Below are positions 31,155-41,187 of a stretch of DNA of 64,000 bases, piece by piece. The stretch is from an uncultured Candidatus Saccharibacteria bacterium (GTDB lineage Bacteria > Patescibacteriota > Saccharimonadia > CAILAD01 > BJGX01), in the NCBI GenBank assembly GCA_964552475.1, contig CAZKFZ010000006.1:27-64026 (forward strand), given 5' to 3'. The notes under the pieces were generated by a model, which searched no databases, had not been told where the DNA came from, and worked only from the letters and a program-made list of their open reading frames with translations. How positions within the stretch are numbered: the first letter of the stretch is position 1; each line of letters begins with the position of its first letter. The translations under genes were made by a program, and so were the position numbers.

Positions 31155-32048
31155 ATGACAAGCGTTAGAAGCAAAGCAATTTTATTGGCCCTACGTACCT
31201 CAAAGATATTTAGTGAGCCTATTACGCTAGAAAATATTAATCACAAACGCGAAGCCGTGGCCAAGCTAGCCAAGTTTGCTATTGTAGATAAAGATGTAAA
31301 AATTACGCCACACAAAACTGATAGATTTAATGGCGAGTGGATAGTTGTTCCAGAGTCAAGAGCCAACAAAGTGCTGTTATATTTTCATGGCGGTGGGTTT
31401 ATTTTTAATTTTACCCCACATCATCGTGATTATATTTCACGCCTTGCCAAAGCCGGGCAAATAAAAGCCTTTTCGCTAGACTATAGCTTGGCGCCAGAGC
31501 ACCCTTACCCTGTTGCACTCAATGAAGCGCTAGCCGCTTACAAGTGGCTACTCAAAACTTACAACGCCAGTGACATTGTTATTATGGGCGACTCAGCCGG
31601 TGGTGCCATGACTCTCTCGCTTCTACAAATGATTAAGCGCGACAAGTTACCTATGCCAGCCTGCGCCATCGCTATTGCCCCGCCCACAGACGCCACGTTG
31701 GAGAGCTACCAAAAATATGCCAAGCCCAATGATTATATTATTAAAGACGAAAACTTAGAATTTTTTATTAATTTGTATTTTGGTAGCACACCCCACAACG
31801 ACCCCATTGCATCACCATTTTTTGGTGACTACAAAGGTTTGCCGCCGCTACAGCTGCATATTGATAAAAGTGAGATACTCTACGGCGATGCGGTAGCTGT
31901 GGTAAAAAAAGCCCAGGCTGCCGGGATAGATGCCGAGCTCTATGAAGAAAAAGACCTTTGGCACGTATGGCATATTTTTGCGCGTTACGTACCAGAGGCA
32001 CAAAAAGCTGTAGACCACATTGGCAAATTTATACTAAAAAATACTTAA
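31155..32048 (+). CDS. alpha/beta-hydrolase esterase/lipase (hormone-sensitive-lipase family)
   Basis: HGGGF oxyanion motif and GDSAGG nucleophile elbow. Confidence 0.7.
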   Translation: MTSVRSKAILLALRTSKIFSEPITLENINHKREAVAKLAKFAIVDKDVKITPHKTDRFNGEWIVVPESRANKVLLYFHGGGFIFNFTPHHRDYISRLAKAGQIKAFSLDYSLAPEHPYPVALNEALAAYKWLLKTYNASDIVIMGDSAGGAMTLSLLQMIKRDKLPMPACAIAIAPPTDATLESYQKYAKPNDYIIKDENLEFFINLYFGSTPHNDPIASPFFGDYKGLPPLQLHIDKSEILYGDAVAVVKKAQAAGIDAELYEEKDLWHVWHIFARYVPEAQKAVDHIGKFILKNT

Positions 32049-32069
32049 GTAGTCTGTTATTATATTTTT

Positions 32070-32525
32070 ATGGAAAAACACGACTCACACCCTACTCCAA
32101 GTAAACACCGTTCCAAAACTGGCTGGCGCCCAAGCAAAAAATTGATATTTACCACTGTCATTTTGCTAGTTGTGGCCGGCACGGGCTTTTACTTTGGTAC
32201 CGTGTACCAAAAGAACCGCGATACTGCCGACGCTGAAGCTCAAAAAAAAGCCGCTCAAGTTGCTGCCACACCTATTATTGGCAAGGTGACTGACATTTCA
32301 GACAAAAAAGTAACTGTAAAAATCACCAAGACCAACGAGACCAAAGGCTACGACATTACTAGCAATACCCAAATACTATTAAATGGCAAAAAGGTGGGCG
32401 CCGGCGATATTAAAAAAGACCAGTCGGTAATTATACTCACCGAGCCCGGCAAGCCAAATGTTGCCCGACGTATCACTGCCTCTACTCCGCCAGCTACTAA
32501 CCCCTCTGTGAAAAAGACCGACTAG
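32070..32525 (+). CDS. membrane-anchored hypothetical protein
   Basis: N-terminal TM helix (LIFTTVILLVVAGTGFYFG), then a K-rich extracytoplasmic domain. Confidence 0.4.
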   Translation: MEKHDSHPTPSKHRSKTGWRPSKKLIFTTVILLVVAGTGFYFGTVYQKNRDTADAEAQKKAAQVAATPIIGKVTDISDKKVTVKITKTNETKGYDITSNTQILLNGKKVGAGDIKKDQSVIILTEPGKPNVARRITASTPPATNPSVKKTD

Positions 32526-32617
32526 TCTCTTTATACAAGCAATAGACAAGGCATAAGCATTAATAGTATGCTTATGTTAGCACCTGTACTACACACTACC
32601 TCAAGGGGGCTAGTTAA

Positions 32618-33202
32618 GTGCAAACCAAGTTCAAGATAATCCTACTGGTAACACTATTAGCCGGTCTGCTACTAACCGGCTGCAATGGTTTCGCTTACCA
32701 GCGGATATCCAATGGCCAGCCTGTTGGCTGGGGCTGTGCTACCGTGCACTATCGCATTGATGTGAGTGGCATGCCTAGCTTAGCCTGGGGTCAACACATA
32801 CACGATGCTTTCAGGGCCGCCTCGGCCGCCACGGGCATACCGGTGCACTACGATGGCCGTTTGCCGGCGGGTTACGCAGCTACCCACGGCTGGCAATCCA
32901 GCCCAGGCGACCCTGTGTGGGTTGGGTACAAACCGTTTGACGACCCACCGGTTGCTAGTAGTGGCTTCACCGAGCCGACCTTTTCTGGCAATCGCATTAC
33001 TGGTGGTAAGATTTGGTTCAACACCCTCTGGCGCTGGACTCGAACCAATCACAAACAGACACTTTGGCACGAGGTTGGCCATCTATTTGGTTTAGCCCAC
33101 CCTGTTGACAGCACCAATCAAGTTATGGGTGTTCATAGCCCACCCTATCAGTCTGGCGACTTGTTGGGATTTAGGGGTCTAAGACGGCCAAGCAACTGCT
33201 AA
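32618..33202 (+). CDS. metzincin-type zinc metalloprotease lipoprotein, GC-rich gene
   Basis: GTG start with AAGGGGG Shine-Dalgarno. LLLTGC lipobox. HEVGHLFGLAH matches the HExxHxxGxxH metzincin signature. Confidence 0.55.
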   Translation: MQTKFKIILLVTLLAGLLLTGCNGFAYQRISNGQPVGWGCATVHYRIDVSGMPSLAWGQHIHDAFRAASAATGIPVHYDGRLPAGYAATHGWQSSPGDPVWVGYKPFDDPPVASSGFTEPTFSGNRITGGKIWFNTLWRWTRTNHKQTLWHEVGHLFGLAHPVDSTNQVMGVHSPPYQSGDLLGFRGLRRPSNC

Positions 33203-33270
33203 CTATCACTTAGCCATTAGAAGTGGCAAACCTCGACGAGAGTCGGGGTTTTTGCTTGTTTGAATTAACT

Positions 33271-33777
33271 CTACGTAAGCTCATTTACCATCTGCTCAAG
33301 TACTACTTGTGTTGCAGCGTCATTGCGAATAACCTTTACATCAAGCTTCTGCGCCTCCTCTATCAAATACTCTTGTATCATTCGCACTGCTGTAAAGTTC
33401 TGTTCTGATTCATCTGTTTCTTTTCTTTTTTCGAAAAACTGTCTTTTGTGTATGGCCTCATCAAGACAAACCAACAAAAATACTTTTGCTTTATTGCGAT
33501 ACGGCGCTGGGTCTATAAACACTGCCTCAAGAATCACTTTATCATGCTCAACAAGCACTCTATCTACATCTTTGCGCATATAGTCTCTTACGTAGAGAAG
33601 TCCTTTCACAGTATTCTCTTTTGTAAGTGAACCATACTTTCGCCAAACAAACTTTGTGGCTGGGTACGGCCTAATATAATCACCTTCTATAAATGGAATC
33701 CCAGTTTTATATTGTAGTGCTTTGCTAATAGTAGTTTTCCCTGCGTCGGGAACACCGTATATCAAAACTTGGCTCAT
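33271..33777 (-). CDS. P-loop NTPase / small kinase-like protein
   Basis: Walker A GVPDAGKTT at the N-terminus. 168 aa. Its start overlaps the stop of the upstream surface-protein gene by 4 nt. Confidence 0.5.
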   Translation of the reverse strand: MSQVLIYGVPDAGKTTISKALQYKTGIPFIEGDYIRPYPATKFVWRKYGSLTKENTVKGLLYVRDYMRKDVDRVLVEHDKVILEAVFIDPAPYRNKAKVFLLVCLDEAIHKRQFFEKRKETDESEQNFTAVRMIQEYLIEEAQKLDVKVIRNDAATQVVLEQMVNELT

Positions 33778-36700
33778 ATCCTACTATTTCGTTTATTGGC
33801 ATAGAGACTTTGATAACCAGCTATGACTAGCCCAGCAATACCTGCGCTAACTAAAGCAATAGAAAAAATAACAAATATAGTTTTGTGTATATTTATACCG
33901 GTTTTTGCTAGCAACGATTCACCAACTGCTAACCCGATGGGGTCAGTAATTTTGCCGTCGGTAACGCCATCGGTGTCTAAGTTGCTGCCGTCAGTTATTT
34001 GATAGCTGGCTTTGGTGGCACTTTGGCCACCAACACTTACGCCGATGATGTTAGCACCATCTAAATTGGTGTAGGTATTACTATTAGGGTTGTACTTACG
34101 GGCGACAAAGCCTTGTGTAGCTACACCATAATAGTATTGAGTAACTGTAGTAGTTATACCGGGAGTGCCACAACTGAGGCTAAAGTTCATTAGCCCAGCT
34201 GGATAGTTGTAGTTAAGGTCTGGGGTGGTATTTACTGATTCTGCGGCTGTTGAAGCGGCGGTAATAGAGCACTCACTGCCTACCTCGAGAGTGGCATACT
34301 GCCCGGTGACAGGGTCAACAAAACTCGCTACATTGGCTTGCTCAGAGTCCGGGGTGTTGTCGCCGTTGGCATCGCCATTGTTGGGGGCGGCGGATTCGAT
34401 TTCGCTAGGTACTCCATCGTTGTCGTCTACTGGCGCGTTTGGGTCGTAAGTGTGTGTTACCAGACTATTGTTACTGAGAGTACTGAATGGATCTGTTCCG
34501 GTACCAAAAGCCTGACCAAATGTTTGAGCTTCTGGGTCTAGCTCATAGAACACCATAGCGCGGTTAAGAGTTGGTTGAGTTTCATCTATAGACTCTATGT
34601 TCACAACTATCTTAAAACTTACTGTCTGCCCGTTTGCGATGCTATCAAATCCAAAAACACAGGCTATAAAATGGCCAACGGTGCCCGGAAATGGCCAATC
34701 TTCGTGCGGGTCCTCGCAGCTCACATTGTCACCTATTACAGCGCTATACTCAACACCGTGAGGCAGAACATCAAAAATATACGTGCCACCAACTGCTGTG
34801 TCGGGCCCATGGTTGGTAAGACCAATAGTATAGGTAGCTTGTTGACCATTTTTGATTGTACCTGGCGCATCAAGAGTCTTAGTGATCTCAATGTCTACAA
34901 CTGGTGTAGGTACAAATGTATCATCGTCGGTGCCGCAATTATTGCTTTCGTCGATATCAATAATAGTTTGGCCCCCTAACCGGATAGGAGGGTCTATACA
35001 TACTTGACTTGTATCTAAGTTTCCAAAATTTTGCACATCACCACTCAATATCAAGGTAAGTGTTTCGCCAGACTTCAATAGACCAGACCAGGTATTACCA
35101 TCAAAGCTACCAGGCGATGTCGCGGTGGTGTTGTCGGAGTCTACTGAATACATATATGGATAAAGTACATTATTTGCACCCTGGAATGTAAAATGGTCAA
35201 CGTCACCCGGCCCGTTATTAGTGACGGTAAAGGTGTATTGATTCGGTTCTCCAAATACAGCGCTCGTAGTGCCATCGTCGCTTGTTACGGCCAAGTCTGC
35301 TTGCGGTTCATATTTACCAAATTCACTAGTTGGGCCAAAACCCGTAGGACTATCTGGATCAATCAGTGTGGCTGTCGCTGCAAGGTGTGTGTGACCTGTA
35401 CCGCTAACAGTAGTGGTAAAGTTTTGGCTACCGGTGCCGGTACTGGTGGCTTCGTCGTAGCCAAGGAAGGTTTCCCCCTCACCATAACCTGTCGGGTCAG
35501 CCTCTGTATTACTAAAGAATTCTATACGATAGTCGCCAGCGGGCACATCTAAGCTAAACCCTATATCGGTATTACCAGCGTTTTCGGTGGCCTGAGTAAT
35601 AATTGGGAAATTGAGCAAATCATTTGGGCCTGAATCGCCATCACCGGAATCATTTGCGGTTGGATAATTGTCGCCACCAGAACCGCCGCCTAGTTTTATA
35701 CCTGTGTAATTATTACTAAAAATAGAGTTGCCTAGAAATGGACTGTGTCCACTACCATAAAAAATCATACCAATACCATTAGCACCATTGAAGGCAATAA
35801 TATTACCTTCGCCCTGGTTTGTACCGCCAATCAGTGGTGCGGCTAAGGACGTCAAATGCACACCGTACTCTCCATTCCCAAGATCTATGGTATTTGTAAG
35901 ATCTGTACCTATGTGATTACCCTGTATTCTTGCACCAACTCCATCACCCATCCAAATCCCACTCGCTGTGTTACCACCTATTACATTATCTTTTATTAAT
36001 ACTCCGCTACAATCACCGCTACAACCTATTGATAGCCCGTGACCAGCATTTGGTATCTTAGCCGTGCCTGTCGAGTTAGTTCCAATTAGATTATTCTCGA
36101 TAGTTGCGACATTAAATGAAAGTGCCACCCCATAATTACTATTGCCAGAAATAACATTGCCATCATTTATGCCTGGCCCCCCAATCATTAGATTAATAAA
36201 CCCACCATAGGCCCCAATACCGTTATTTGTATTTGGTAGAGCTGCCGTACCGGCATGGTTTGTGCCAATCTTGTTACCCTTAATTATTGTATTTGTGTGC
36301 GTACCATACCAAAAGCTAATACCCCTACCTATTACTCCAGATATCAAATTGTTAGCAATAGTGGTGCCTGTGCTAGGGGCTACATTTATACCGCCGTAAC
36401 TATCTATTCCTAATGATGTTGTACCAGCAATATCTGTGCCAACAATGTTATTTTTAAACATTGTGTTATTACCGTTAATCCAAAGGCCATATTTACCAAA
36501 TAGATTCATGTCGGTAGAATTATTTCCACCAACCGTTGAGTCATTTCCAGATACGCTTAGACCGATGCGTGTTACCGTGCTAACAGCTGTTGTACCATCT
36601 GCGCTCGTTCCAAAAAAATTACATCTTACTATATTGGTGTCGCTTTGGGTCTCCAAATATGCATTGCCAGTGCCAAACACCAGCCCATTGATCTCTGAGC

Positions 36701-37070
36701 CAGCAGCATTTGCGCTAGTAGTAATCAATGGGCTATTTTCTATAACAACTTTTAGGGTTGAGCTAGTGCCGTTACAAACAGACCCAGATTGAGACATCCC
36801 ATTTATTTTGAGTTGATCGGTAATAGTAATCCCGCCTGTTGTGAGTGCAATAGTATGCGGGCCGGCGCCGGAAATATTAAAGTCTATTTGGTCTGCTCCA
36901 GCATTATTGTTGGCATCGGTAATAGCTTGCCTTAAACTACCGGCACCAGCATCGTCGGTAGTAGTAACGGTATAAGTTGCAGCCTTGGCGGCGTGCGGCA
37001 GTGTTAAAAATCCAAAAGCTAGAGCAATGACCGGTAGTACTAAGAGGAGTTTGATCTTTGTTCCTGTCAT
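33774..37070 (-). CDS. 1098-aa secreted right-handed beta-helix surface protein with C-terminal LAxTG-type sortase signal
   Basis: Signal peptide. Dozens of G/N/T-rich parallel-beta-helix-like repeats (NNLISG, IKGNKIGTN...). C-terminal LAKTG plus hydrophobic segment plus KRNSRI tail. Confidence 0.6.
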   Translation of the reverse strand: MTGTKIKLLLVLPVIALAFGFLTLPHAAKAATYTVTTTDDAGAGSLRQAITDANNNAGADQIDFNISGAGPHTIALTTGGITITDQLKINGMSQSGSVCNGTSSTLKVVIENSPLITTSANAAGSEINGLVFGTGNAYLETQSDTNIVRCNFFGTSADGTTAVSTVTRIGLSVSGNDSTVGGNNSTDMNLFGKYGLWINGNNTMFKNNIVGTDIAGTTSLGIDSYGGINVAPSTGTTIANNLISGVIGRGISFWYGTHTNTIIKGNKIGTNHAGTAALPNTNNGIGAYGGFINLMIGGPGINDGNVISGNSNYGVALSFNVATIENNLIGTNSTGTAKIPNAGHGLSIGCSGDCSGVLIKDNVIGGNTASGIWMGDGVGARIQGNHIGTDLTNTIDLGNGEYGVHLTSLAAPLIGGTNQGEGNIIAFNGANGIGMIFYGSGHSPFLGNSIFSNNYTGIKLGGGSGGDNYPTANDSGDGDSGPNDLLNFPIITQATENAGNTDIGFSLDVPAGDYRIEFFSNTEADPTGYGEGETFLGYDEATSTGTGSQNFTTTVSGTGHTHLAATATLIDPDSPTGFGPTSEFGKYEPQADLAVTSDDGTTSAVFGEPNQYTFTVTNNGPGDVDHFTFQGANNVLYPYMYSVDSDNTTATSPGSFDGNTWSGLLKSGETLTLILSGDVQNFGNLDTSQVCIDPPIRLGGQTIIDIDESNNCGTDDDTFVPTPVVDIEITKTLDAPGTIKNGQQATYTIGLTNHGPDTAVGGTYIFDVLPHGVEYSAVIGDNVSCEDPHEDWPFPGTVGHFIACVFGFDSIANGQTVSFKIVVNIESIDETQPTLNRAMVFYELDPEAQTFGQAFGTGTDPFSTLSNNSLVTHTYDPNAPVDDNDGVPSEIESAAPNNGDANGDNTPDSEQANVASFVDPVTGQYATLEVGSECSITAASTAAESVNTTPDLNYNYPAGLMNFSLSCGTPGITTTVTQYYYGVATQGFVARKYNPNSNTYTNLDGANIIGVSVGGQSATKASYQITDGSNLDTDGVTDGKITDPIGLAVGESLLAKTGINIHKTIFVIFSIALVSAGIAGLVIAGYQSLYANKRNSRI

Positions 37071-39025
37071 ACTCTACCCCGTTGTTTCTTTTTGGAATAA
37101 ACTCTGTGTCCTGTAAGGCCAGCGACACCTAATACTCCTGCGGCAATGAGAGTTAGTGCGATGAATAATCGTTGGTTGGTGTGCTGTGGCTGCCCGGTGT
37201 TGGCTAGTGAGCTGGAGTTGCCAGAGGGGCTAGGAGTAGGTGTTGGGGTTGGTGGTACTGGTACTGGTGCGGCAATGGCTTGTACTGGAGCTGAGAATTC
37301 TGAGCTGTGGCCATAACCATCACTAGATACATCGGTCATGGTAGTTACGGCAGTAACATAGTAGTCGGCAGGCACAGAACCGGGGAGATTAAGAGTAGCC
37401 GATTGGCCAGTGACAGAGCCTGGCACAATATCTGAGCCAAGATAAATAGCCCCTTCACGATCACTTGTTGAATTGGCATAAAAATCTACACTGTAGCCAG
37501 TAGCCCCTACCTCGGCTGGATTAATGTCGAGGTCGTAATTGACAGTTACTTGGCCACTACCCTTTGTGGCAGAGTTGATGACAGGGAAGTTCATAAACAT
37601 ATTGGGGCCAACATCGGGGTCGCCAGCATCATTGGGATAAGGCTCAGGGGTGTCGCAGACAAAATTACTGTCTGTGTCGTTACATAAGCGTATGCCACTC
37701 TCAGTGTTTTGTTCTATGTCGTTACCGATGATGGTATTGTTTAATGGTGCATCACCAAAGCCAGCAATATTTATTGCAAACACACCGCTGCCAGTACTAC
37801 CGGCAATCTTATTGCCTTCACCCACGCCAGTACCACCAATAAGGATATCGTGACTATTATTGGCCATTGCGACACCAGAGGTATTACTTAAACCTGGGGT
37901 AACATCACCATTCTTATCAGTGCCAAAGTAGTTACCCTGAATAGTATTACTAGAGGATTCGAACATAAGTATGCCACCCCATATAGCAGTATTGTTTGTT
38001 ATGACATTACGGGCTGCTACTGATGTGCCTCCAATAATATTGTTGCTACCACCCGATAAGCAAATACCGCCTATGCCATCATTTGAAAGCGGCGCAAGCC
38101 CAGTAGCATCTAACCCAATATAGTTACCTTGAATAGTATTATTGGACGCCCCTTCCCCTTGTATACCGCAATTACCATTACCCGATATAACATTCATTGC
38201 ACCCGTTGCTGTACCCCCGACAGTAACATTCCCTGAGCTCATAAATATACCATCATCGACATTACCTATATCGGCAATACCATTAGCTGCTACACCGATA
38301 TAATTACCTTGTATTACAGTACCCATACTAGTGGACATACCAAACCCCGAATTTCCCGAAACCAAGTTCCGTTCGGCAGGGTTTGTACTACCCACATGTA
38401 CCCCTGTACCCCCGGTTGAATTTGATATACCTCTTTTATTACCCAAATCTACTAAACCGGTGGTATCTGTCCCTAAGTAATTACCAAAGACATTGATGTT
38501 GTTGTTGACACCATTACTAATACGTATGCCATTATTATCAAACCGGTTTATAACTAAACCTCTAATAGTCGAGTTGCTAGTATTTATATTAAGACCATCA
38601 CACCCATTACCGGCACTTCCCCCATCAATCTCAATCGTTAGTGTGCCATTAAAAGGGTTAGGTGATATGGCAGTATTGACAGCTGAGCCGGGTTGAGAGT
38701 AACCGTCTATAGTCACAGACTGAGTAATGTCATCAAAACAAGAAGCTGGTTGAATGGTGTGTACCCCAGTGCCAGATATACCAAAGTCTATGGTATCGCC
38801 ACCAGTGCCAGCATTCACTTCTTGAATGGCCGCCCTAAGAGTACAAGTATCTAGGGCTGTATGGCAGGCCAGGTCGCCAGGATTGTCGTCGGCTTCATCG
38901 CCAATAGAATCGACAGTGTAAGTAGTAGCGGCTTTGGCAGAGTGTGGTTGTAATACAAAAGCAATGGCTAATGCAATAGCACACATTAGTAGTGTTAGCG
39001 AAATTGTTTTATTATGTATCCTCAT
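37067..39025 (-). CDS. 652-aa secreted beta-helix surface protein with Pro/Thr linker and C-terminal LANTG sorting signal
   Basis: Signal peptide, beta-helix-type repeats, and a PVPVPPTPTPTPSPS linker. LANTG plus TM plus KKKQRGRV tail. Overlaps the downstream gene by 4 nt. Confidence 0.6.
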   Translation of the reverse strand: MRIHNKTISLTLLMCAIALAIAFVLQPHSAKAATTYTVDSIGDEADDNPGDLACHTALDTCTLRAAIQEVNAGTGGDTIDFGISGTGVHTIQPASCFDDITQSVTIDGYSQPGSAVNTAISPNPFNGTLTIEIDGGSAGNGCDGLNINTSNSTIRGLVINRFDNNGIRISNGVNNNINVFGNYLGTDTTGLVDLGNKRGISNSTGGTGVHVGSTNPAERNLVSGNSGFGMSTSMGTVIQGNYIGVAANGIADIGNVDDGIFMSSGNVTVGGTATGAMNVISGNGNCGIQGEGASNNTIQGNYIGLDATGLAPLSNDGIGGICLSGGSNNIIGGTSVAARNVITNNTAIWGGILMFESSSNTIQGNYFGTDKNGDVTPGLSNTSGVAMANNSHDILIGGTGVGEGNKIAGSTGSGVFAINIAGFGDAPLNNTIIGNDIEQNTESGIRLCNDTDSNFVCDTPEPYPNDAGDPDVGPNMFMNFPVINSATKGSGQVTVNYDLDINPAEVGATGYSVDFYANSTSDREGAIYLGSDIVPGSVTGQSATLNLPGSVPADYYVTAVTTMTDVSSDGYGHSSEFSAPVQAIAAPVPVPPTPTPTPSPSGNSSSLANTGQPQHTNQRLFIALTLIAAGVLGVAGLTGHRVYSKKKQRGRV

Positions 39026-39095
39026 AAACTATTATTTATGATATATATTTTAGCATAAGAGTAATAGGTAGCGAAAGGTTAGGGCAGATTTATAT

Positions 39096-40754
39096 TTAAT
39101 GCCTGCCTTTGGGAGTTTTGGTGGGGTTACCAAAGAACTCCAAGCCTTTGGCGTTTTTTAGTGTCTCTTTTAGTTCTTTTTGATGAGTGAGCATATAAAG
39201 CAAACTGCCTATGCGACGAGGCAATGATGCAGTATTGTTGGTAATAACTTTTTTGAGCTTGGGGTTGCCACTTAGCCCAGACATCTTTAACGCATTGTCA
39301 GTAGTATCGGCATACTGCACAGCCTCGGCAAAACCTCGGCCAATATCTTTGCCTTCTCTATTTTTGAGAATTACTGCGCCCTCATTATACTGTGCTCCAT
39401 TGGCAAAAAAGTTGGTTTGCCCTCCAGGTACTATTTGAGTCATGCTAAATCGCCGGATGTCGGCTGGCATAGTATGGTCAAAACTAAAGTGCCACTCGTT
39501 GGGGTGCCATACATTGGTGATTGGATACAGTTCAGGATTCGAACTTAGCTTGGCCTGTATCCACTTGGTAATCTTAAGATTTCCCCAAGTGTTATGCATT
39601 TCACCGTTCTCATCCATATATTTGCCAGCTACCGGTATAGTCATAGTAGGCGGTGAGTCTGGGCCAGTCTGAAAATAATAGCTGAGGTATTTTTTGCTAT
39701 GTGCAGCAAACATAGTAATTTGTCTGTCGCCATCGAATTGCGCCATGTACCAATCCCAACCAGCTGGGCCAGGAGCCGAAATATTGTTGGCAGCCCTCAA
39801 CACTTCTGATTGCGGATTACCGCTCAAAAATCCCCATTGATGATCAAACCACATTAAGCCCTTTTTGAGCTTTACTGTCTCGTCGCCATACTGCAAAGTG
39901 CTGCCGGCACTTACTTGTATATTGGGAATAGAATAATAAAGTGAGCCGGTGCCAGCCACTGATGGCATAGCGCCATCATCGCCTTGCAATAAATAATCTT
40001 TGCCGCCAGTGAGCTTGAGATCTAGCGCTATAATGAATGGTTTGTCGGTAGAACGGTCTACTCCACGAGCTTGTATAGTGAGTGGTGTAAGTTCTTTGCC
40101 GCCAGTACCAACTATGCTGTTTTTGCCCAACACATATTTGAATGGTTTGGCTTGGAATTCTATGAGTCCTGAAGTACCAGCAATAACTGTTGGGTCGGCC
40201 TGGTGATGCATATCACCGGCTTTGGATATACCTAGCTGGATTTCTACTACTTGGTTTTCGATATCGGTTAGGCCAAATTTCTTGGCTAGCTCTGGTGCCA
40301 AAATAGTTTGGCGAAAGAACATCAGCTCTACCCCATACTCTTGGCCGTCTTCAGCCCAAACGCTACCCACAAAGAAGTGCCAACCAACTTGGCTAGTAAA
40401 TTTGGGCTGGTGATCGCGCGGAAACTGCAAGTTGGCAGACTCTGGCATTTGGTCAAAAAACTGCGTGGTGTTGTTACCCAAAAATCTGGTAGAGATAATA
40501 TAGGCTTGGTGCGGTGTAAGACCATCAATAGCTTTTGATAGCTCGGTATATCTTTCTTGGTAATTTGGGTTGTGGCTTTGTTGTTTATCTAATAATAATT
40601 TAAGATAGGCACGCATGCGCTCGCCATAAGCCTCTGGTGAGTGTTTTTCTGATTGGATTTTTTCTTGAATATCTTTTGGAATTTTATTTATATCAAAATC
40701 TTCTAGCCAAAGAGAGTCGGCTATATATTGAGAGTTTGGGATATTGTTATGCAT
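39096..40754 (-). CDS. AttH/CrtC-like (hydroxyneurosporene-synthase / lipocalin-like) domain protein with N-terminal extension
   Basis: WFDHQWG motif resembles the conserved W-[FY]-DH-[EQ]-W-G element of the CrtC/AttH family. 552 aa; no obvious signal peptide. Confidence 0.35.
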   Translation of the reverse strand: MHNNIPNSQYIADSLWLEDFDINKIPKDIQEKIQSEKHSPEAYGERMRAYLKLLLDKQQSHNPNYQERYTELSKAIDGLTPHQAYIISTRFLGNNTTQFFDQMPESANLQFPRDHQPKFTSQVGWHFFVGSVWAEDGQEYGVELMFFRQTILAPELAKKFGLTDIENQVVEIQLGISKAGDMHHQADPTVIAGTSGLIEFQAKPFKYVLGKNSIVGTGGKELTPLTIQARGVDRSTDKPFIIALDLKLTGGKDYLLQGDDGAMPSVAGTGSLYYSIPNIQVSAGSTLQYGDETVKLKKGLMWFDHQWGFLSGNPQSEVLRAANNISAPGPAGWDWYMAQFDGDRQITMFAAHSKKYLSYYFQTGPDSPPTMTIPVAGKYMDENGEMHNTWGNLKITKWIQAKLSSNPELYPITNVWHPNEWHFSFDHTMPADIRRFSMTQIVPGGQTNFFANGAQYNEGAVILKNREGKDIGRGFAEAVQYADTTDNALKMSGLSGNPKLKKVITNNTASLPRRIGSLLYMLTHQKELKETLKNAKGLEFFGNPTKTPKGRH

Positions 40755-40839
40755 AAGAGTTATTATAGCAAACTTATGTTTTTAACAATCTCTTTTGTAT
40801 CGAAAAGAAAAAGAACTCAACATAATATTGAGTTCTTTT

Positions 40840-40859
40840 CTTGGTAGCGGGGGCAGGAT
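40840..40859 (-). repeat. partial copy 1 of the tRNA-fMet 3' end (T-stem 3' half, acceptor 3' strand, ACCA, AG) with adjacent terminator-like hairpin
   Basis: Exact 20-nt match (cttggtagcgggggcaggat) to the 3' end of the tRNA gene at 41188-41262. Preceded by hairpin gaactcaa...ttgagttc and a T-run. Confidence 0.7.
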
Positions 40860-41009
40860 GGTTCGGCTTACGCCGTACCTCCGTAAAGTGCTTGGTCAAA
40901 GCGCAAATCAATTTGCTTTTGACGCTGCGCGCTTTACTCTACCGAACCTTTGGGTTTCGAACCGCACACATTATGCAAGATAAAAGCACAACCGTAGTTG
41001 TGCTTTTAT

Positions 41010-41029
41010 CTTGGTAGCGGGGGCAGGAT
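41010..41029 (-). repeat. partial copy 2 of the tRNA-fMet 3' end with adjacent hairpin
   Basis: Exact 20-nt match. Preceded by hairpin gcacaac-cgta-gttgtgc and a T-run. It lies 170 bp from copy 1 and 176 bp from the copy inside the tRNA gene. Confidence 0.7.
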
Positions 41030-41187
41030 AGCGGCTACGCCTTCTCCGCTCATTCGTGCTCGAAACAAGTTTCTGTGCGCGAAATCGCTACGCCGAACCA
41101 GCGACATGCCAAATAAATTTGGCGTCGCAGAACCGTATCTAGCTCAATACCAAGAAAAAGACTCAACACAAGGTTGAGTTCTTTTCT

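Noticed and set aside
40860-41009. Spacer next to tRNA-fMet copy 1 as a tmRNA-like or additional functional tRNA
   Set aside because: It has a closing helix and retains the tRNA 3' end, but it lacks a T-loop (TTCRAAT), an anticodon arm and a tag-reading frame. More consistent with a decayed duplicate or att scar.
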